Shown: positions 45,733 through 56,570, counted from the first letter of the stretch. The stretch: DNA of 64,000 nt from Candidatus Micrarchaeia archaeon (GCA_049964795.1 JBMFWY010000001.1:1-64000); one strand, 5' to 3'. Notes: a model not told the origin generated them from the sequence alone. A program made the numbers and translations.

Positions 45733-46110
45733 TCATGCATTTCTTAAAATTCCGCTTTTGCTTAGCTTAAAGACATTTGCGCCTAAAGATTTAAGCTTTT
45801 TTGCAAGTGCGCTGTCATTTGTGACTATTTTGGCGCCTTTTGACTTGCTTGCAATTCCAAGCAGCCAATCGTCACCGCTTGAATCATTGCTATCTATTTC
45901 TAGCCCCAGCGCGCCAATCTCGCGAAGGGAAGACTTCGCACATGCGCCTTTCTTTCCTTTATTATGAGATATCTTATTCAGTTCCTTTAATATACCTTTC
46001 GAAACCTTGGGAATGCACGACGGAAGCTGCGAGGCTATGGCTCCGAAGACGCTCGACTTATTTTCGAAGCCAAATATTATGGAGCTTGTGTCTATAAACA
46101 CGTTACACAT
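45733..46110 (-). CDS. PIN domain protein (Fcf1/Utp24-like)
   Basis: IDTS, EL, DD.LL, TND..L acidic tetrad; conserved position before rpoE. Confidence 0.85.
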   Translation of the reverse strand: MCNVFIDTSSIIFGFENKSSVFGAIASQLPSCIPKVSKGILKELNKISHNKGKKGACAKSSLREIGALGLEIDSNDSSGDDWLLGIASKSKGAKIVTNDSALAKKLKSLGANVFKLSKSGILRNA

Positions 46111-46235
46111 CTCATCGCCTGCAAGTGCGCTTTCAAGGAATCAAATATAGAATGCAAAATGCAGCACTTTTGGCTTTGGAGTAAGGCAAAATTTAGGCGC
46201 TGCAAGCTGAAAGGCTCAAGCGGCTGCCTTAAGGC

Positions 46236-46622
46236 TTATGCCCCTTTTTGGCCTTTTGCTTCTTCTGATTTAAGTCTGTGCTCAAGCACCTCCTTTAGCA
46301 CTATGGCATCGTTATGCTTTTCGTCTCTAGCAGCGTATATAAGAGTCACCAAGCCGCTGCTTTTTGCAAGATCTACAAGCTTTCCCAATGCCCTGCTGTC
46401 CTTTAGCTCTGCCTTATATCTTCTTTTGAATTCGCTCCATTTGGATGGTTCGTGAGAAAACCATTTTCGCAACTCGGTGCTGGGCGCCACATCTTTAAAC
46501 CAGAGGTCTATGTTTGCAGAAGTGTGCCTTATTCCTCTCGGCCAAAGCCTGTCGACAAGTATGCGCATTCCATCAGTAACATCATATTTTTCATAGACGC
46601 GCTTGATTTTTATTATTACCAT
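46236..46622 (-). CDS. DUF488 family protein
   Basis: KRVY......DG.RILVDRLWPRG, APS.ELRKWF.H, F...Y..EL. Confidence 0.92.
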   Translation of the reverse strand: MVIIKIKRVYEKYDVTDGMRILVDRLWPRGIRHTSANIDLWFKDVAPSTELRKWFSHEPSKWSEFKRRYKAELKDSRALGKLVDLAKSSGLVTLIYAARDEKHNDAIVLKEVLEHRLKSEEAKGQKGA

Positions 46623-46702
46623 CGACCCACAGCGGCCACCAATGGCGCTGATAGGAATTTGTTTAAAAACCATTAAATAATTTGCCGATATGGCAAAAAG
46701 GG

Positions 46703-47644
46703 TCAGCTTTCGTATGCAGCAGGATTTGCGTCGCCTCCCCCAGAAGATAGGAACTCAGAAACGAGAGTTTTGGCACGCTCTGGATCTGCTATCTTGCCGT
46801 TTAGAGAATGCTCTTTCGCACCACCATTGAAGATGCCTTCCTTTGAAAGTATAGCACCAAGCTCCTTCATATTTAGGCTGCTTGAACTGCCGCCCAAGCA
46901 CATTACCTGGCTGTCTCCTATTATGCATATGTTTTCTTTAGTATTTCTTGATAGGTATTTGCGCACGCTTTCATAAATGTCTGAAATATCGAAGTTCTTG
47001 AGATAAAATACCCGCGTTCCGATCTCCAGCTCATGAAAAAGCAGCGTTTCGATCTCGCTCTTCAGCTTTTCGTTGTTTTCTGAAAGAGCGCTATACCTTT
47101 CTTCTATGGATGTTGAATCGAAGTTGTGCCTTACACTTAAACGAAGCGCAGAAGCGGCGATTTTAGACATGTAATCCAATGCGTCATTGCCTGCAAAAAA
47201 CCCTATCTTTGTCTTTCCCTCTGGGTGCGATACAGATGCAAGCGAGAAGGCAATTATCTGCGAAGTGTTGCTGGCGTGCGGATGCTTGCACATGGCAAAA
47301 TCATAGTCTCCTATCTGCACAAGCCTCAATTTCTCCTTTCCTTTAAGGCGCTCTTCGTTAAGCCTGAGGGAAGGAAATCTGAGCTTTGCCTCTTCTATGC
47401 TTTCGAAAAATTGCTCGCTTACTGTAAGAGCCTGCCTTATGACCTTGTTGGCTTCCTCCTCGGCTTTTTGCAATATTTCTATTCCTATGTTTTCAGCGAA
47501 TATTGCAGAGCCCAGCGCACCGCTTTCGGTGTCTACTTTTACAACATGCAAATCTATCCCCAAGTTTTGGAGAGCTCTTGCAAATATGTGCTCTGCGGTA
47601 TGCAATTCCTTCTCTGACATAGACTCAGCCATCACAATAAACAT
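46703..47644 (-). CDS. AlaX-like trans-editing protein (tRNA_SAD domain plus C-terminal extension)
   Basis: HTAEH and CKHPH zinc ligands, LR.V.IGDYD, then coiled coil and a GG-containing C-terminal domain. Confidence 0.75.
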   Translation of the reverse strand: MFIVMAESMSEKELHTAEHIFARALQNLGIDLHVVKVDTESGALGSAIFAENIGIEILQKAEEEANKVIRQALTVSEQFFESIEEAKLRFPSLRLNEERLKGKEKLRLVQIGDYDFAMCKHPHASNTSQIIAFSLASVSHPEGKTKIGFFAGNDALDYMSKIAASALRLSVRHNFDSTSIEERYSALSENNEKLKSEIETLLFHELEIGTRVFYLKNFDISDIYESVRKYLSRNTKENICIIGDSQVMCLGGSSSSLNMKELGAILSKEGIFNGGAKEHSLNGKIADPERAKTLVSEFLSSGGGDANPAAYES

Positions 47645-47679
47645 AAGGCATAATAAATTGTGGTAGAAAAAAATAAATT

Positions 47680-47949
47680 ATGGATTACAAGGAATTTGAG
47701 AGGCTGCTCAAAGTTTGCAGGATACGCCTCAGCGATAAAGACAAAGAAGGCATGAAAAAGGAGGTAGATGAAGTACTAAATTACTTTGACAAGATAGAAA
47801 GCGTAAAATGCGAAGAAGAGCCCGCCTATCAGCCAATAGACTTGCCGGAGCAGCTCCGCGATGACATACCGGAGCCTTTCGATGACACTGATGCTATACT
47901 TGCAAACACGAAAACATACAGATTCTATGTAATAGGTCCTAAGATATGA
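47680..47949 (+). CDS. gatC: Asp/Glu-tRNA amidotransferase subunit C
   Basis: RI.L, VL.YF..I, LRDD, C-terminal PKI; directly before gatA. Confidence 0.9.
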   Translation: MDYKEFERLLKVCRIRLSDKDKEGMKKEVDEVLNYFDKIESVKCEEEPAYQPIDLPEQLRDDIPEPFDDTDAILANTKTYRFYVIGPKI

Positions 47950-49313
47950 GGAAGGAAGAGACAAGCATACAGGAGTTTATAAGCTCGCAGCCTGGAGAGG
48001 AGTACTATGCAAAGCTGGTTGAAGAGCTTGTCAAGCTGAATAAGGAGTTCGGCGCCTTCAATAACATTAACAGCGCGATAAGATCCGGCTACCCCCTTAG
48101 CGTAAAAGACAACATATGTGTCAAAGGGCTCGAAACAACCGCTTCTTCGAAAGTGCTGAAGGGGTATGTGCCGCCTTTTGACGCTACGGCAGTGGAAAGG
48201 CTTGCCGAAAAGGGGTTTGGCGTAATAGGAAAAACGAACATGGACGAATTTGGCTTTGGAAGCTTTGGTCTAAACTCCGAAAATCCTGCAAGGAATCCGT
48301 TTGACAAGAACAGAGTGGCGGGAGGTTCAAGCAGCGGCGCTGCCATAGCCGCTTCGATAATAGATAACCATGTTGCACTTGCCGAATCGACAGGAGGCTC
48401 TATAGCTGCGCCCGCATCGTTCTGCGGAGTGGTCGGCTTCACCCCTACTTACGGTGTCGTCTCGAGGTATGGCTTGATAGATTATGGCAACTCGCTAGAC
48501 AAAATAGGCTTAATGGCAAGAAAAGCCGCTAAGGTGAAGTACGCCTTTGATATCATAAGGGGAAAGGATAGGTATGATGCAACTTGCATAGATATGCCTG
48601 AGGGAAGCGAGAAGAAGAGCGCAAGCAAAAAACTGTTCGTAATAAGGAATTTGCTTGAAAATGTTGATGAAAAGGTCAAGAAAAGCTTTGAAAGGACACT
48701 CTCAACACTTTCAGGCATGGGTTTTGAGATAGAGGAAGGCGAGCTTAAGGAGCTTGACAGTGCAATAGCAGTTTATTACATAATAGCAATGTCTGAAGCT
48801 TCAACAAACCTTGCAAAATACACGGGCTTTAAATACGGCAACAAAATCGATGATTTCTCGAAAGAGTACAATGAATTTTTTACAGAAGCAAGAGAGGCAT
48901 TTGGCAAGGAAGCTAAAAGAAGGATAATATTAGGCACATACATAAGAAGCGCAAGCGTAAGGGACAGGTATTATTACAAGGCGCTGCAGATAAGAAGGCT
49001 CATAGGAAAAAAGATATTGGAGTTGGCAAAAAGGGGACATATAGTGCTGCCTACTATGCCGATGCTTCCTCCAAAAATTGAAGACGCAGGCAAGATGAGC
49101 CCGTTGCAAGCTTATATGGTAGATATACTAACTGTGCCGGCAAACCTCACGGGATTGCCGCATGTGTCATTTCCAACTGATTACATTGACGGCCTGCCGG
49201 TAGGGACGCAGATTATAGGGGCACCTTACGATGATTACGCCATATTAGACGCAGTAGACAGATGGGAAGAAGGCTTCAGCTACAAGTTTGCATATAATTT
49301 GGGGTCTTTATGA
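47946..49313 (+). CDS. gatA: Asp/Glu-tRNA amidotransferase subunit A
   Basis: KDN, GKTNMDEF, GGSSSG, STGGSI, EASTNLA.Y.G.KYG, KRRIILG. Confidence 0.95.
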   Translation: MRKEETSIQEFISSQPGEEYYAKLVEELVKLNKEFGAFNNINSAIRSGYPLSVKDNICVKGLETTASSKVLKGYVPPFDATAVERLAEKGFGVIGKTNMDEFGFGSFGLNSENPARNPFDKNRVAGGSSSGAAIAASIIDNHVALAESTGGSIAAPASFCGVVGFTPTYGVVSRYGLIDYGNSLDKIGLMARKAAKVKYAFDIIRGKDRYDATCIDMPEGSEKKSASKKLFVIRNLLENVDEKVKKSFERTLSTLSGMGFEIEEGELKELDSAIAVYYIIAMSEASTNLAKYTGFKYGNKIDDFSKEYNEFFTEAREAFGKEAKRRIILGTYIRSASVRDRYYYKALQIRRLIGKKILELAKRGHIVLPTMPMLPPKIEDAGKMSPLQAYMVDILTVPANLTGLPHVSFPTDYIDGLPVGTQIIGAPYDDYAILDAVDRWEEGFSYKFAYNLGSL

Positions 49314-50590
49314 AAATAGGGCTTGAGGTGCACGTGGCATTGCCTACTAAGACAAAGCTTTTCTGCAGTTGCAGGACTTATGTGGAAGAGCCCAACACCT
49401 CTATCTGCCCCGTATGCATGGGCATGCCAGGCTCAAAGCCCAAACTGAACAAAGAAGCGCTAAGGATAGGGCTAAGCGTTTCTGATGCACTGCATTGCAA
49501 AATAAAAAGCAGGATAGGTTTCGTAAGGAAGGTATACTTTTATCCAGACTTGCCTAAAAGCTACCAGATATCGCAGCTATATGATCCGGTAGGTTACGAA
49601 GGCTATCTAGATATAGGAAGCAAGAAGATACGCATAAGGCGTGTGCAGCTTGAAGAGGACCCCGCAAGGATTTATAGGGAGGACGATTATACGCTGCTTG
49701 ACTTCAACAGATCTGGCACCCCTCTTCTTGAGATAGTGACAGAGCCAGACATACAAAGCGAAGAAGAGCTTAGGGAATTTTATGCGGAGCTTAGGAGCGT
49801 ACTTTACTACCTTGGTATAGATATAGACCAGGAAATGAAAGCTGATCTTAACATATCACTCTCCAACTCGCGTGTTGAGATAAAAAATGTAACAGGAATA
49901 AAAAACCTTGTTGACGCGGCAAGATATGAGATCAAAAGGCAAAGTGAACTTCTTGAAAATGGAGAAGAACCGCAGATAGAAACAAGGAGCTACATCCCAG
50001 AACGCATGGTAACAGAACGCACAAGGGAAAAAGAGACTGACGAGGAATACGGATACATATTCGAACCAGACCTTACTTTCTATTCTACAGACTTTGAAAG
50101 AGCCAAGCCTATATATGCAAGCGCGATAGCAAAGGATTATGCTGAAAAATATGGGGCGAGTGAGAAAACCCTTTTAGAGCTAATAGCTTATGACAAGAAT
50201 GCACTTGAACTTTTGCAATTTAGTGCTGGAAAGCACAGCATGCAATCGATAATTTCGGCGCTTGAATCGTTGAAAAAATTCAAAATGCAGATGGATCCTG
50301 AAAAATTCGAGAAAGTCATAGCCTTGATCGAGGCGAATGTGGCTATCAACTCAGCTAACATTGGAGCAATAGCCAAAGGAGAAGAGGTAAAAATAAATAA
50401 GGCAATAAGCGAAGAGGAAATAGAAAAACGCATAGATGAGTATATCAGCTCAAATCCTGGCATTGCAGAAGAAGCCCTAAAAAATCCAAAAAGCATAAAC
50501 GCAATTGTAGGTAAGGTTGTGAAAGAAACAGGTGCCAATGCAAAAATTGTATCTCAAAAAGTAAAAGAACGTTTAGGGTTAAAGACATAG
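49310..50590 (+). CDS. gatB: Asp/Glu-tRNA amidotransferase subunit B
   Basis: IGLEVH, KLFC.C, RK.YFYPDLPK.YQISQ, LEED, DFNRSG.PL.EIVTEPD, VEIKN. Confidence 0.95.
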   Translation: MKIGLEVHVALPTKTKLFCSCRTYVEEPNTSICPVCMGMPGSKPKLNKEALRIGLSVSDALHCKIKSRIGFVRKVYFYPDLPKSYQISQLYDPVGYEGYLDIGSKKIRIRRVQLEEDPARIYREDDYTLLDFNRSGTPLLEIVTEPDIQSEEELREFYAELRSVLYYLGIDIDQEMKADLNISLSNSRVEIKNVTGIKNLVDAARYEIKRQSELLENGEEPQIETRSYIPERMVTERTREKETDEEYGYIFEPDLTFYSTDFERAKPIYASAIAKDYAEKYGASEKTLLELIAYDKNALELLQFSAGKHSMQSIISALESLKKFKMQMDPEKFEKVIALIEANVAINSANIGAIAKGEEVKINKAISEEEIEKRIDEYISSNPGIAEEALKNPKSINAIVGKVVKETGANAKIVSQKVKERLGLKT

Positions 50591-50647
50591 AAGCTGGAAT
50601 TAAGGAATAAAAATAAAAAGAGGTAAAAGAGGCTGCAAAAAGCTCGT

Positions 50648-51769
50648 TTATGCTATTGATGGTAATTTTTGGAGCACTAGCGTCTGCTTTGTCTCTTTAT
50701 CTTTCGATCTGCTGCTGTTGTCTAGTTCACCGCTTATGTTCGTTTCCATAAACTTTCTTATTATGTCAAGGTCTTTTGTCCTTGCGAGTATATACATGAG
50801 CTTTGTATTCGCGGCTTCTGTGGTCATGCATCTTCCATCTATTACGCCTGCTTCCTTTGCCTTCTTTCCTACTTCGTATTCGTCTAGGTCCACAGCCCCT
50901 TTGTTTACTTGTGTTACTAAGACGAGAGGTATCTTCTTTGAAATTTTAGATATTGCGTCAAACAGGTAATCTGGAATTCCTCCGCTTCCGAAGGCCTCAA
51001 GTATTATTCCGTCAAATTTTTCGCTTAAACTTAAAAGAGCGTCTGGGTTTAGGCCAGGAGTAAGATGTATTGCAAGCACTTTTTCGTCAAAGTTCTTTTC
51101 TAAGAGGGTGTTAGTCTCAATAAGCGATTCTTCGTGCGACCGCAGCAAGGCTTTCTCCTCTTCTGGCAGTTGACTTGGGTAATTAGTTCCTCCAAGTCTA
51201 CTATGAACTATACTTATTAAACCCAAGTCCGTATTATTAGATTTGAGGCCAAAAGCCTTGTCATCTTCCGTGTTGATTTTTGTTGCGTTGTTGCCAGGCA
51301 GTATGTCGCCACCAAAAGCTATGAGAACACCGCCTGATGTAGGGATTATTCCTGCAGCTACCCTCAGAGCAAGATTAAAATTATCTCTTGCATCACTTCC
51401 TTTGTCTTTCGCAGGGTGCATGCTGCCTGTTAAAACTATTGGCTTGCCGCTCCTGAATATAAAGCTTAAAGCAGACGCAGAGTAAGCTAGCGTATCTGTA
51501 CCGTGCAGCACGACTATACCATCATACTTTTGGATGTTTTCGTTTATTGCTTTTATCATTTTTTCCCAATCTTTAGGATCAACATTGGTACTATCCTTGT
51601 TCATAAGCTGAAGCAGCTCTATTTCTATAGACTTGCGGTTTGCCGAATCTATGAGCAGGTCTGCCAACTGCTGAGCGCCTAGCTTTGGAGAGAGCCCACC
51701 GCCCTCGGAAATTTCAGAGGCAATAGTGCCGCCTGTAGCTATTATTAACACATTGGGCTTATTACCCAT
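50648..51769 (-). CDS. ansA: L-asparaginase, type I
   Basis: ATGGTIAS, HGTDTLAY, TGS, YEVG, MT.EAA.TKL; no GatD N-terminal domain. Confidence 0.88.
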   Translation of the reverse strand: MGNKPNVLIIATGGTIASEISEGGGLSPKLGAQQLADLLIDSANRKSIEIELLQLMNKDSTNVDPKDWEKMIKAINENIQKYDGIVVLHGTDTLAYSASALSFIFRSGKPIVLTGSMHPAKDKGSDARDNFNLALRVAAGIIPTSGGVLIAFGGDILPGNNATKINTEDDKAFGLKSNNTDLGLISIVHSRLGGTNYPSQLPEEEKALLRSHEESLIETNTLLEKNFDEKVLAIHLTPGLNPDALLSLSEKFDGIILEAFGSGGIPDYLFDAISKISKKIPLVLVTQVNKGAVDLDEYEVGKKAKEAGVIDGRCMTTEAANTKLMYILARTKDLDIIRKFMETNISGELDNSSRSKDKETKQTLVLQKLPSIA

Positions 51770-51956
51770 CCAACCACATTAATTTTGCTGCTTTTATCAT
51801 ATTTAAATCTTTTCTACAGGTTCTCCACTAATAGAAGTTTTGTTACAGTTTACATGATAGTGGATTTTGTTGTATCTTTATTGGCATGTTAACGTTTGCA
51901 CGAAAATGCTTTAAATTTAGTTATTTAAATAACCTGTTCATTAGGGGGGTGGGAAA

Positions 51957-53357
51957 ATGGCGGACAAAACAGTTTTGAGCAAATGGCATTCTGGATTTGT
52001 AGAGCTCCAGTTTACTGATTTAAGCGGCAGGCTCCATGGAGTAATAATAACAGGCGAAGAATTGGATTCTGAAGAACAGTCCAAAAATGGATTTGGGAAA
52101 CTCGATGGAAGCAGCGTAAGAGGATTTGCTGAAATAAATGAAAGTGATATGGTGCTCTCTCCTGTAATAAAAACCATGCAGAGGATACCTTGGGAAAAAG
52201 ATACGTTTAGGGTTTTATGCAACATATACAAGGGCAAGGGAGGAGGAAGATTTGAAAAGGATCCAAGGAATGTGGCAGAGGAAGCGGAAAGGTATCAATT
52301 GTCAATAGGGTACAAAAGCTTTTTTGGGCCAGAGATAGAATTTTTCATTTTTGAAGGGCTAAATATAGATGCATCAAACCCAAGTGCAGGTATGGGTTAT
52401 CGCATAGAATCGAATGAAGCGCCATGGGTGCAAGGCGGAAGTATGATACAAAAGAAAGATGCGTACTATGCTGTAAGCCCTGCGGACAGGACAGGGACAG
52501 TAAGGAAGGAGATAATACGCATGCTTAGGGATGACTTTGGATTCAACATAGAAGCGACACATCATGAAGTTGCTACTTCAGGCCAAAGTGAAATCAATTT
52601 CAGGTATTCCGAATTGACTGATGCGGCAGATAATGTGCAAACCCTGAAATATGTCTCGAAAAATGTTGCTGCTGAAATGGGCAAAAAAGCAGTTTTTATG
52701 CCGAAGCCCATGTATGGAGATAACGGAAGCGGCATGCACGTGAATTTAAGCCTTTGGGACGTAGAGGGCAAGAAAAACATAATTTATGATCCTAACGACG
52801 CTTATGCGGAGATAAGCGAAAAGGGCAGATATGCCATAGGAGGAATATTGGAGCATGCGCATGCACTTTCTGCAATAGTATCTCCTACTACAAACAGCTA
52901 TCATAGGCTTATACCGGGATTTGAAGCTCCAGTATATCTTGCCTGGAGCAAATCAAACAGAAGTGCTGTAATACGCATACCTTCATACTATCAAAAGGAC
53001 GAAAAATCTAAGAGGATAGAATATAGGGCGCCAGACCCTTCTGCAAACCCTTACTTGGCATTTCCTGCGATACTAATGGCCGCGCTAGATGGAATTAAGA
53101 AAAACATAGAGCCGGGCGACCCTGTAAACAGGAACATATACCATATGGAACCTGCTGAGAGAAAGGCGCTTGGCATAAGATCGCTGCCAAAAAGCCTTGA
53201 TGAGGCATTGGATGCGTTGGAGGCAGACAATGAATTTTTAAAACCTGTTTTTGCGAAAAGCCTCGTAGATTCTTACATAGAAGTGAAAAGAGCAGAATTG
53301 AGGGAGATTGCTTCATACCCAACAGCTGTAGAGATGCTTTATTATCACGACGTGTAG
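51957..53357 (+). CDS. glnA: Glutamine synthetase type I
   Basis: [46 protein letters not shown]. Confidence 0.97.
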   Translation: MADKTVLSKWHSGFVELQFTDLSGRLHGVIITGEELDSEEQSKNGFGKLDGSSVRGFAEINESDMVLSPVIKTMQRIPWEKDTFRVLCNIYKGKGGGRFEKDPRNVAEEAERYQLSIGYKSFFGPEIEFFIFEGLNIDASNPSAGMGYRIESNEAPWVQGGSMIQKKDAYYAVSPADRTGTVRKEIIRMLRDDFGFNIEATHHEVATSGQSEINFRYSELTDAADNVQTLKYVSKNVAAEMGKKAVFMPKPMYGDNGSGMHVNLSLWDVEGKKNIIYDPNDAYAEISEKGRYAIGGILEHAHALSAIVSPTTNSYHRLIPGFEAPVYLAWSKSNRSAVIRIPSYYQKDEKSKRIEYRAPDPSANPYLAFPAILMAALDGIKKNIEPGDPVNRNIYHMEPAERKALGIRSLPKSLDEALDALEADNEFLKPVFAKSLVDSYIEVKRAELREIASYPTAVEMLYYHDV

Positions 53358-53467
53358 AAACAGGCAAAAAACGTGCGTTAAGGAAGCGCAAAAAGTATTT
53401 AGCTATGAGTTATCCTATTTTATATATTCTTTTGAATTTTATTTTGAATTGATCTGCATTGATTGCT

Positions 53468-55255
53468 ATGGAAACTATTGAAACGGTAAGCTGCGGAGAG
53501 ATAAATAAAAGCTATATAGGAAAAAAGGTCAGGCTTTACGGATGGTGCAGGCTTATCAGAAACCACGGTTATAAGCTCTTTGTTGACTTGGTAGACAGAT
53601 ATGGCAGCACGCAGCTTCTCCTCGAAGGGGAAAGTGATATGCGCAGCAGCATAGGCAAAGAATATGCGATAGAAGTTATAGGCACTGTGGGAAAAAGGGA
53701 TGAGGAGACAGTTGACAAGTCCAACCCTACAGGGGAAGTAGAGGTAAAAGCAGAGAGCATAAACGTGCTTGGAAAATCAAAGATTCCACCCTTTGAGCTG
53801 TTTACCGAGAAAAAAAGGTTTGTCGCAGAAGAAGAGCTAAGGCTAAAGTACAGGTTTCTAGATCTTAGAAGGAGAGAAATGCTCAATAATATGATCTTTC
53901 GCGACAAGGCAACAAAGATCATAAGGAAATACTTTTGGGATAACGACTTCATCGAAGCGGAGACCCCTATACTTATGAAGGATACGTATGAAACAGGATC
54001 AAGAACATTCCTTGTGCCATCAAGAGTCAAAAAAGGGACATTTTTTGCTTTAGCGCAATCGCCACAGATATTCAAGCAGCTTGCGATGATAGGAGGCCTT
54101 GGCAGCTACTTCCAAATAGCACGCTGCTTTAGGGACGAGGATCCTAGGGAAGACAGGCAGCCTGAGTTTACGCAGGTCGACCTTGAAGTTTCATTCAAGG
54201 ATGAGGCATATATACAATCGCTTATAGAAGGGCTTATGAAAAAGCTTTTCAAAGAAATGCTGGACGTTGATATACAAACGCCTTTCAGACATATAGGATA
54301 CAGGGATGCAATGCGCAGGTACGGAAGCGATAAGCCCGACTTGCGATTCGACATGGAGCTGGAGGATGTAACTGAAGTGCTTAAGGGAACGGGCTACAAG
54401 ATACTTGACAGAGTTGTGTCTCACGGTGGCAAAGCGTATTCTTTCAAAATTGAGGCGAAATTTGATGGTGAGAACGGCACGTTCAAGGAACAGGACGCGC
54501 TCAAGCTCATAGAGGAAGCCAAAAGGCTTGGGCTAGGCGGCCTTACCTGGCTTTATGTAAGAGGAGGCAAGATCCATTCTATACCAGAGAGCATTGCAGA
54601 AAGCTTAGGCACAAAGGCGGAAGAGCTCAAAAAAGCGGTAAATGCAAGCGATGGAGACATTATTGTAATAGGAGCGGACATGTCGGAGCAGCTCTTGCTA
54701 GAAGTGATGGGTAAGCTAAGAAGAATCGCAGGAACAAAACTGGGCGCATTTAAAGAGGATTTTGCATTCGCGTGGATTGACACTTTCCCACTTTTCGAAA
54801 AGGACGAAGTCACTGGAAAGCTAAAGCCTTCGCACAATCCGTTTACTTCTCCAACAAAAGATACTATCGCGCTGATGGATTCGGAGCCGGAAAAGGTTAT
54901 AGGCAGGCAATATGATATAGTGTTGAATGGATATGAGATAGGAGGAGGCTCCATCCGAATAAACAATCCTGAAGTCCAAAGGAAAGTGTTTAGGATAATA
55001 GGAATGAGCGATGAGAGTATAGAGAAGAGCTTCGGATTTATGATAGAAGCCTTGTCGTATGGGGCGCCAGTCCACGGTGGCATCGCGCTTGGGCTTGACC
55101 GACTTATAGCGCTTATGAACAAAGAGGAGAACATAAGGGAATTCATCCTCTTTCCTAAAAACAAGAAGCAGGAATTGCTTATAGACGGCTCGCCGACGCC
55201 TATATCGGAAAAAAGGCTAAAAACCGATTATGGGATTGTTTCTACTGGTGAATAG
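53468..55255 (+). CDS. aspS: Aspartate--tRNA ligase, bacterial type with GAD insertion domain
   Basis: About 595 aa; RLKYR.LDLRR, FLVPSR, L.QSPQ.FKQL, CFRDED.R.DRQPEFTQ.D.E, YGSDKPDLR, GL..L GAD region, HNPFT.P, YGAP.HGG.A.G.DR. Confidence 0.93.
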   Translation: METIETVSCGEINKSYIGKKVRLYGWCRLIRNHGYKLFVDLVDRYGSTQLLLEGESDMRSSIGKEYAIEVIGTVGKRDEETVDKSNPTGEVEVKAESINVLGKSKIPPFELFTEKKRFVAEEELRLKYRFLDLRRREMLNNMIFRDKATKIIRKYFWDNDFIEAETPILMKDTYETGSRTFLVPSRVKKGTFFALAQSPQIFKQLAMIGGLGSYFQIARCFRDEDPREDRQPEFTQVDLEVSFKDEAYIQSLIEGLMKKLFKEMLDVDIQTPFRHIGYRDAMRRYGSDKPDLRFDMELEDVTEVLKGTGYKILDRVVSHGGKAYSFKIEAKFDGENGTFKEQDALKLIEEAKRLGLGGLTWLYVRGGKIHSIPESIAESLGTKAEELKKAVNASDGDIIVIGADMSEQLLLEVMGKLRRIAGTKLGAFKEDFAFAWIDTFPLFEKDEVTGKLKPSHNPFTSPTKDTIALMDSEPEKVIGRQYDIVLNGYEIGGGSIRINNPEVQRKVFRIIGMSDESIEKSFGFMIEALSYGAPVHGGIALGLDRLIALMNKEENIREFILFPKNKKQELLIDGSPTPISEKRLKTDYGIVSTGE

Positions 55256-55366
55256 ACACACAAAAGCAGGAGTAGGTGCAATTCCACAAAAGGGTATTTA
55301 GCGAAAGAGTTAAAAAACTAATTAGCGATAGTATTATCGCTAAGGCGACGTGCAAATGGTGAAACC

Positions 55367-55741
55367 ATGGGAATTTTTGATAAACTAGGAAAGACCCTCG
55401 GAGTGTCCAAGGAACTTGACATAGAGCAGTACATGAATTCTGCTGAAATGGAAAATGTAGACATAATGAATGAGCCTGCTGATTTTTATATAAAGCCTGT
55501 AGCGCTAAAGGAAGAAAATGATGTAAGCTTGATAGAAGACGAGCTGCAGAAGAAGAATATAATTTTGCTCAACATCTCGGAGATGGCAAAAAGGCCGAAC
55601 ACACTTACAAAAATAGTAGACACCTTGAAGGATTATGTGAGCAAGACAAACGGAGATATAGCGAAGATAGACGAAGAAAAAATACTTATAACTCCGACAA
55701 AGGTAAAAATCATAAAGACCAAGAAGGCAGCCGAGAAGTAG
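55367..55741 (+). CDS. sepF: Cell division protein SepF
   Basis: N-terminal amphipathic MGIFDKLGK, NIILLNI, GDIA.I....ILITP..V.I. Confidence 0.88.
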   Translation: MGIFDKLGKTLGVSKELDIEQYMNSAEMENVDIMNEPADFYIKPVALKEENDVSLIEDELQKKNIILLNISEMAKRPNTLTKIVDTLKDYVSKTNGDIAKIDEEKILITPTKVKIIKTKKAAEK

Positions 55742-55803
55742 GCTTTAATTTTCTCTTCTTCTTGCCTTTTTTCTTATTGTTTCTTTTGTTGAATCTTTTT
55801 TCT

Positions 55804-56529
55804 TCATCGCTTTTTTTCGTTTTTTGGGGAGATGGCAACGGCTATAGAGTTGAGTTCTTTCTTGGTAGGGTTTGATTTTTGAATTACCCTATTGAAAGAT
55901 TCAGCTACTTCATCTTTGTTCTTTACCTTTTGATTTTTCATCACAAAAAGCTTGAATAAGCGCGATATTGCATCCTTATCCTTTTGCTCGGCATAGGCAG
56001 AGCCTAGGTCGCTGTAATCATCTATGAATTTGTCGGCTGAAAAAGCATACAACATTATAGCGAGAGCATGGGAAATATTTAGCACAGGGTAAGCAGGATC
56101 CGCAGGTATAAAGGAAACAATATTGCATTGCTCTATTTCTTCTTTTCTAAGGCCAGTGTCATCTCTGCCAAGTACTAGGGATAGCGTTTTTAAATTTGAT
56201 TTTGACACAATCCTCAAGGCGTCTTCAAGAGTATAAACGCTACCCGTTGCGGCTGAACCCTTGCGCCATATGCCTGTTGTGCCGATAGAAAAAGAGCCTT
56301 TTATTGCTTCTCCAAAATTATTAAGCGTTGACGCCGTTTCGAGAAGGTGCCTTCCAGCTTTTGAATATTTTACCGCAGTCTTGCCAAGGATATTGCAGCG
56401 AGGAGACACAAATTTGAGCTTTTTTATGCCGAAATTGGCGGAAATCCTTGCAATATAGCCGACGTTCTGCTGATATTTTGGCGACACTACTACTACAGTT
56501 ATATTAGGTCTTTGCCTTTTCATGTTCAC
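55804..56529 (-). CDS. SPOUT RNA methyltransferase, TrmJ family
   Basis: V.P.Y..N.G.IAR...NFG, GR.D.GL..EE, YP.LNISHA. Confidence 0.88.
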   Translation of the reverse strand: MNMKRQRPNITVVVVSPKYQQNVGYIARISANFGIKKLKFVSPRCNILGKTAVKYSKAGRHLLETASTLNNFGEAIKGSFSIGTTGIWRKGSAATGSVYTLEDALRIVSKSNLKTLSLVLGRDDTGLRKEEIEQCNIVSFIPADPAYPVLNISHALAIMLYAFSADKFIDDYSDLGSAYAEQKDKDAISRLFKLFVMKNQKVKNKDEVAESFNRVIQKSNPTKKELNSIAVAISPKNEKKR

Positions 56530-56570
56530 ACCGCATGCATTACGTAGTAGTCACATAGCATATTGCATAA

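Noticed and set aside
50648-51769. Possible GatD because it neighbours gatCAB
   Set aside because: It lacks the GatD N-terminal domain and no gatE is adjacent; it fits a type I asparaginase
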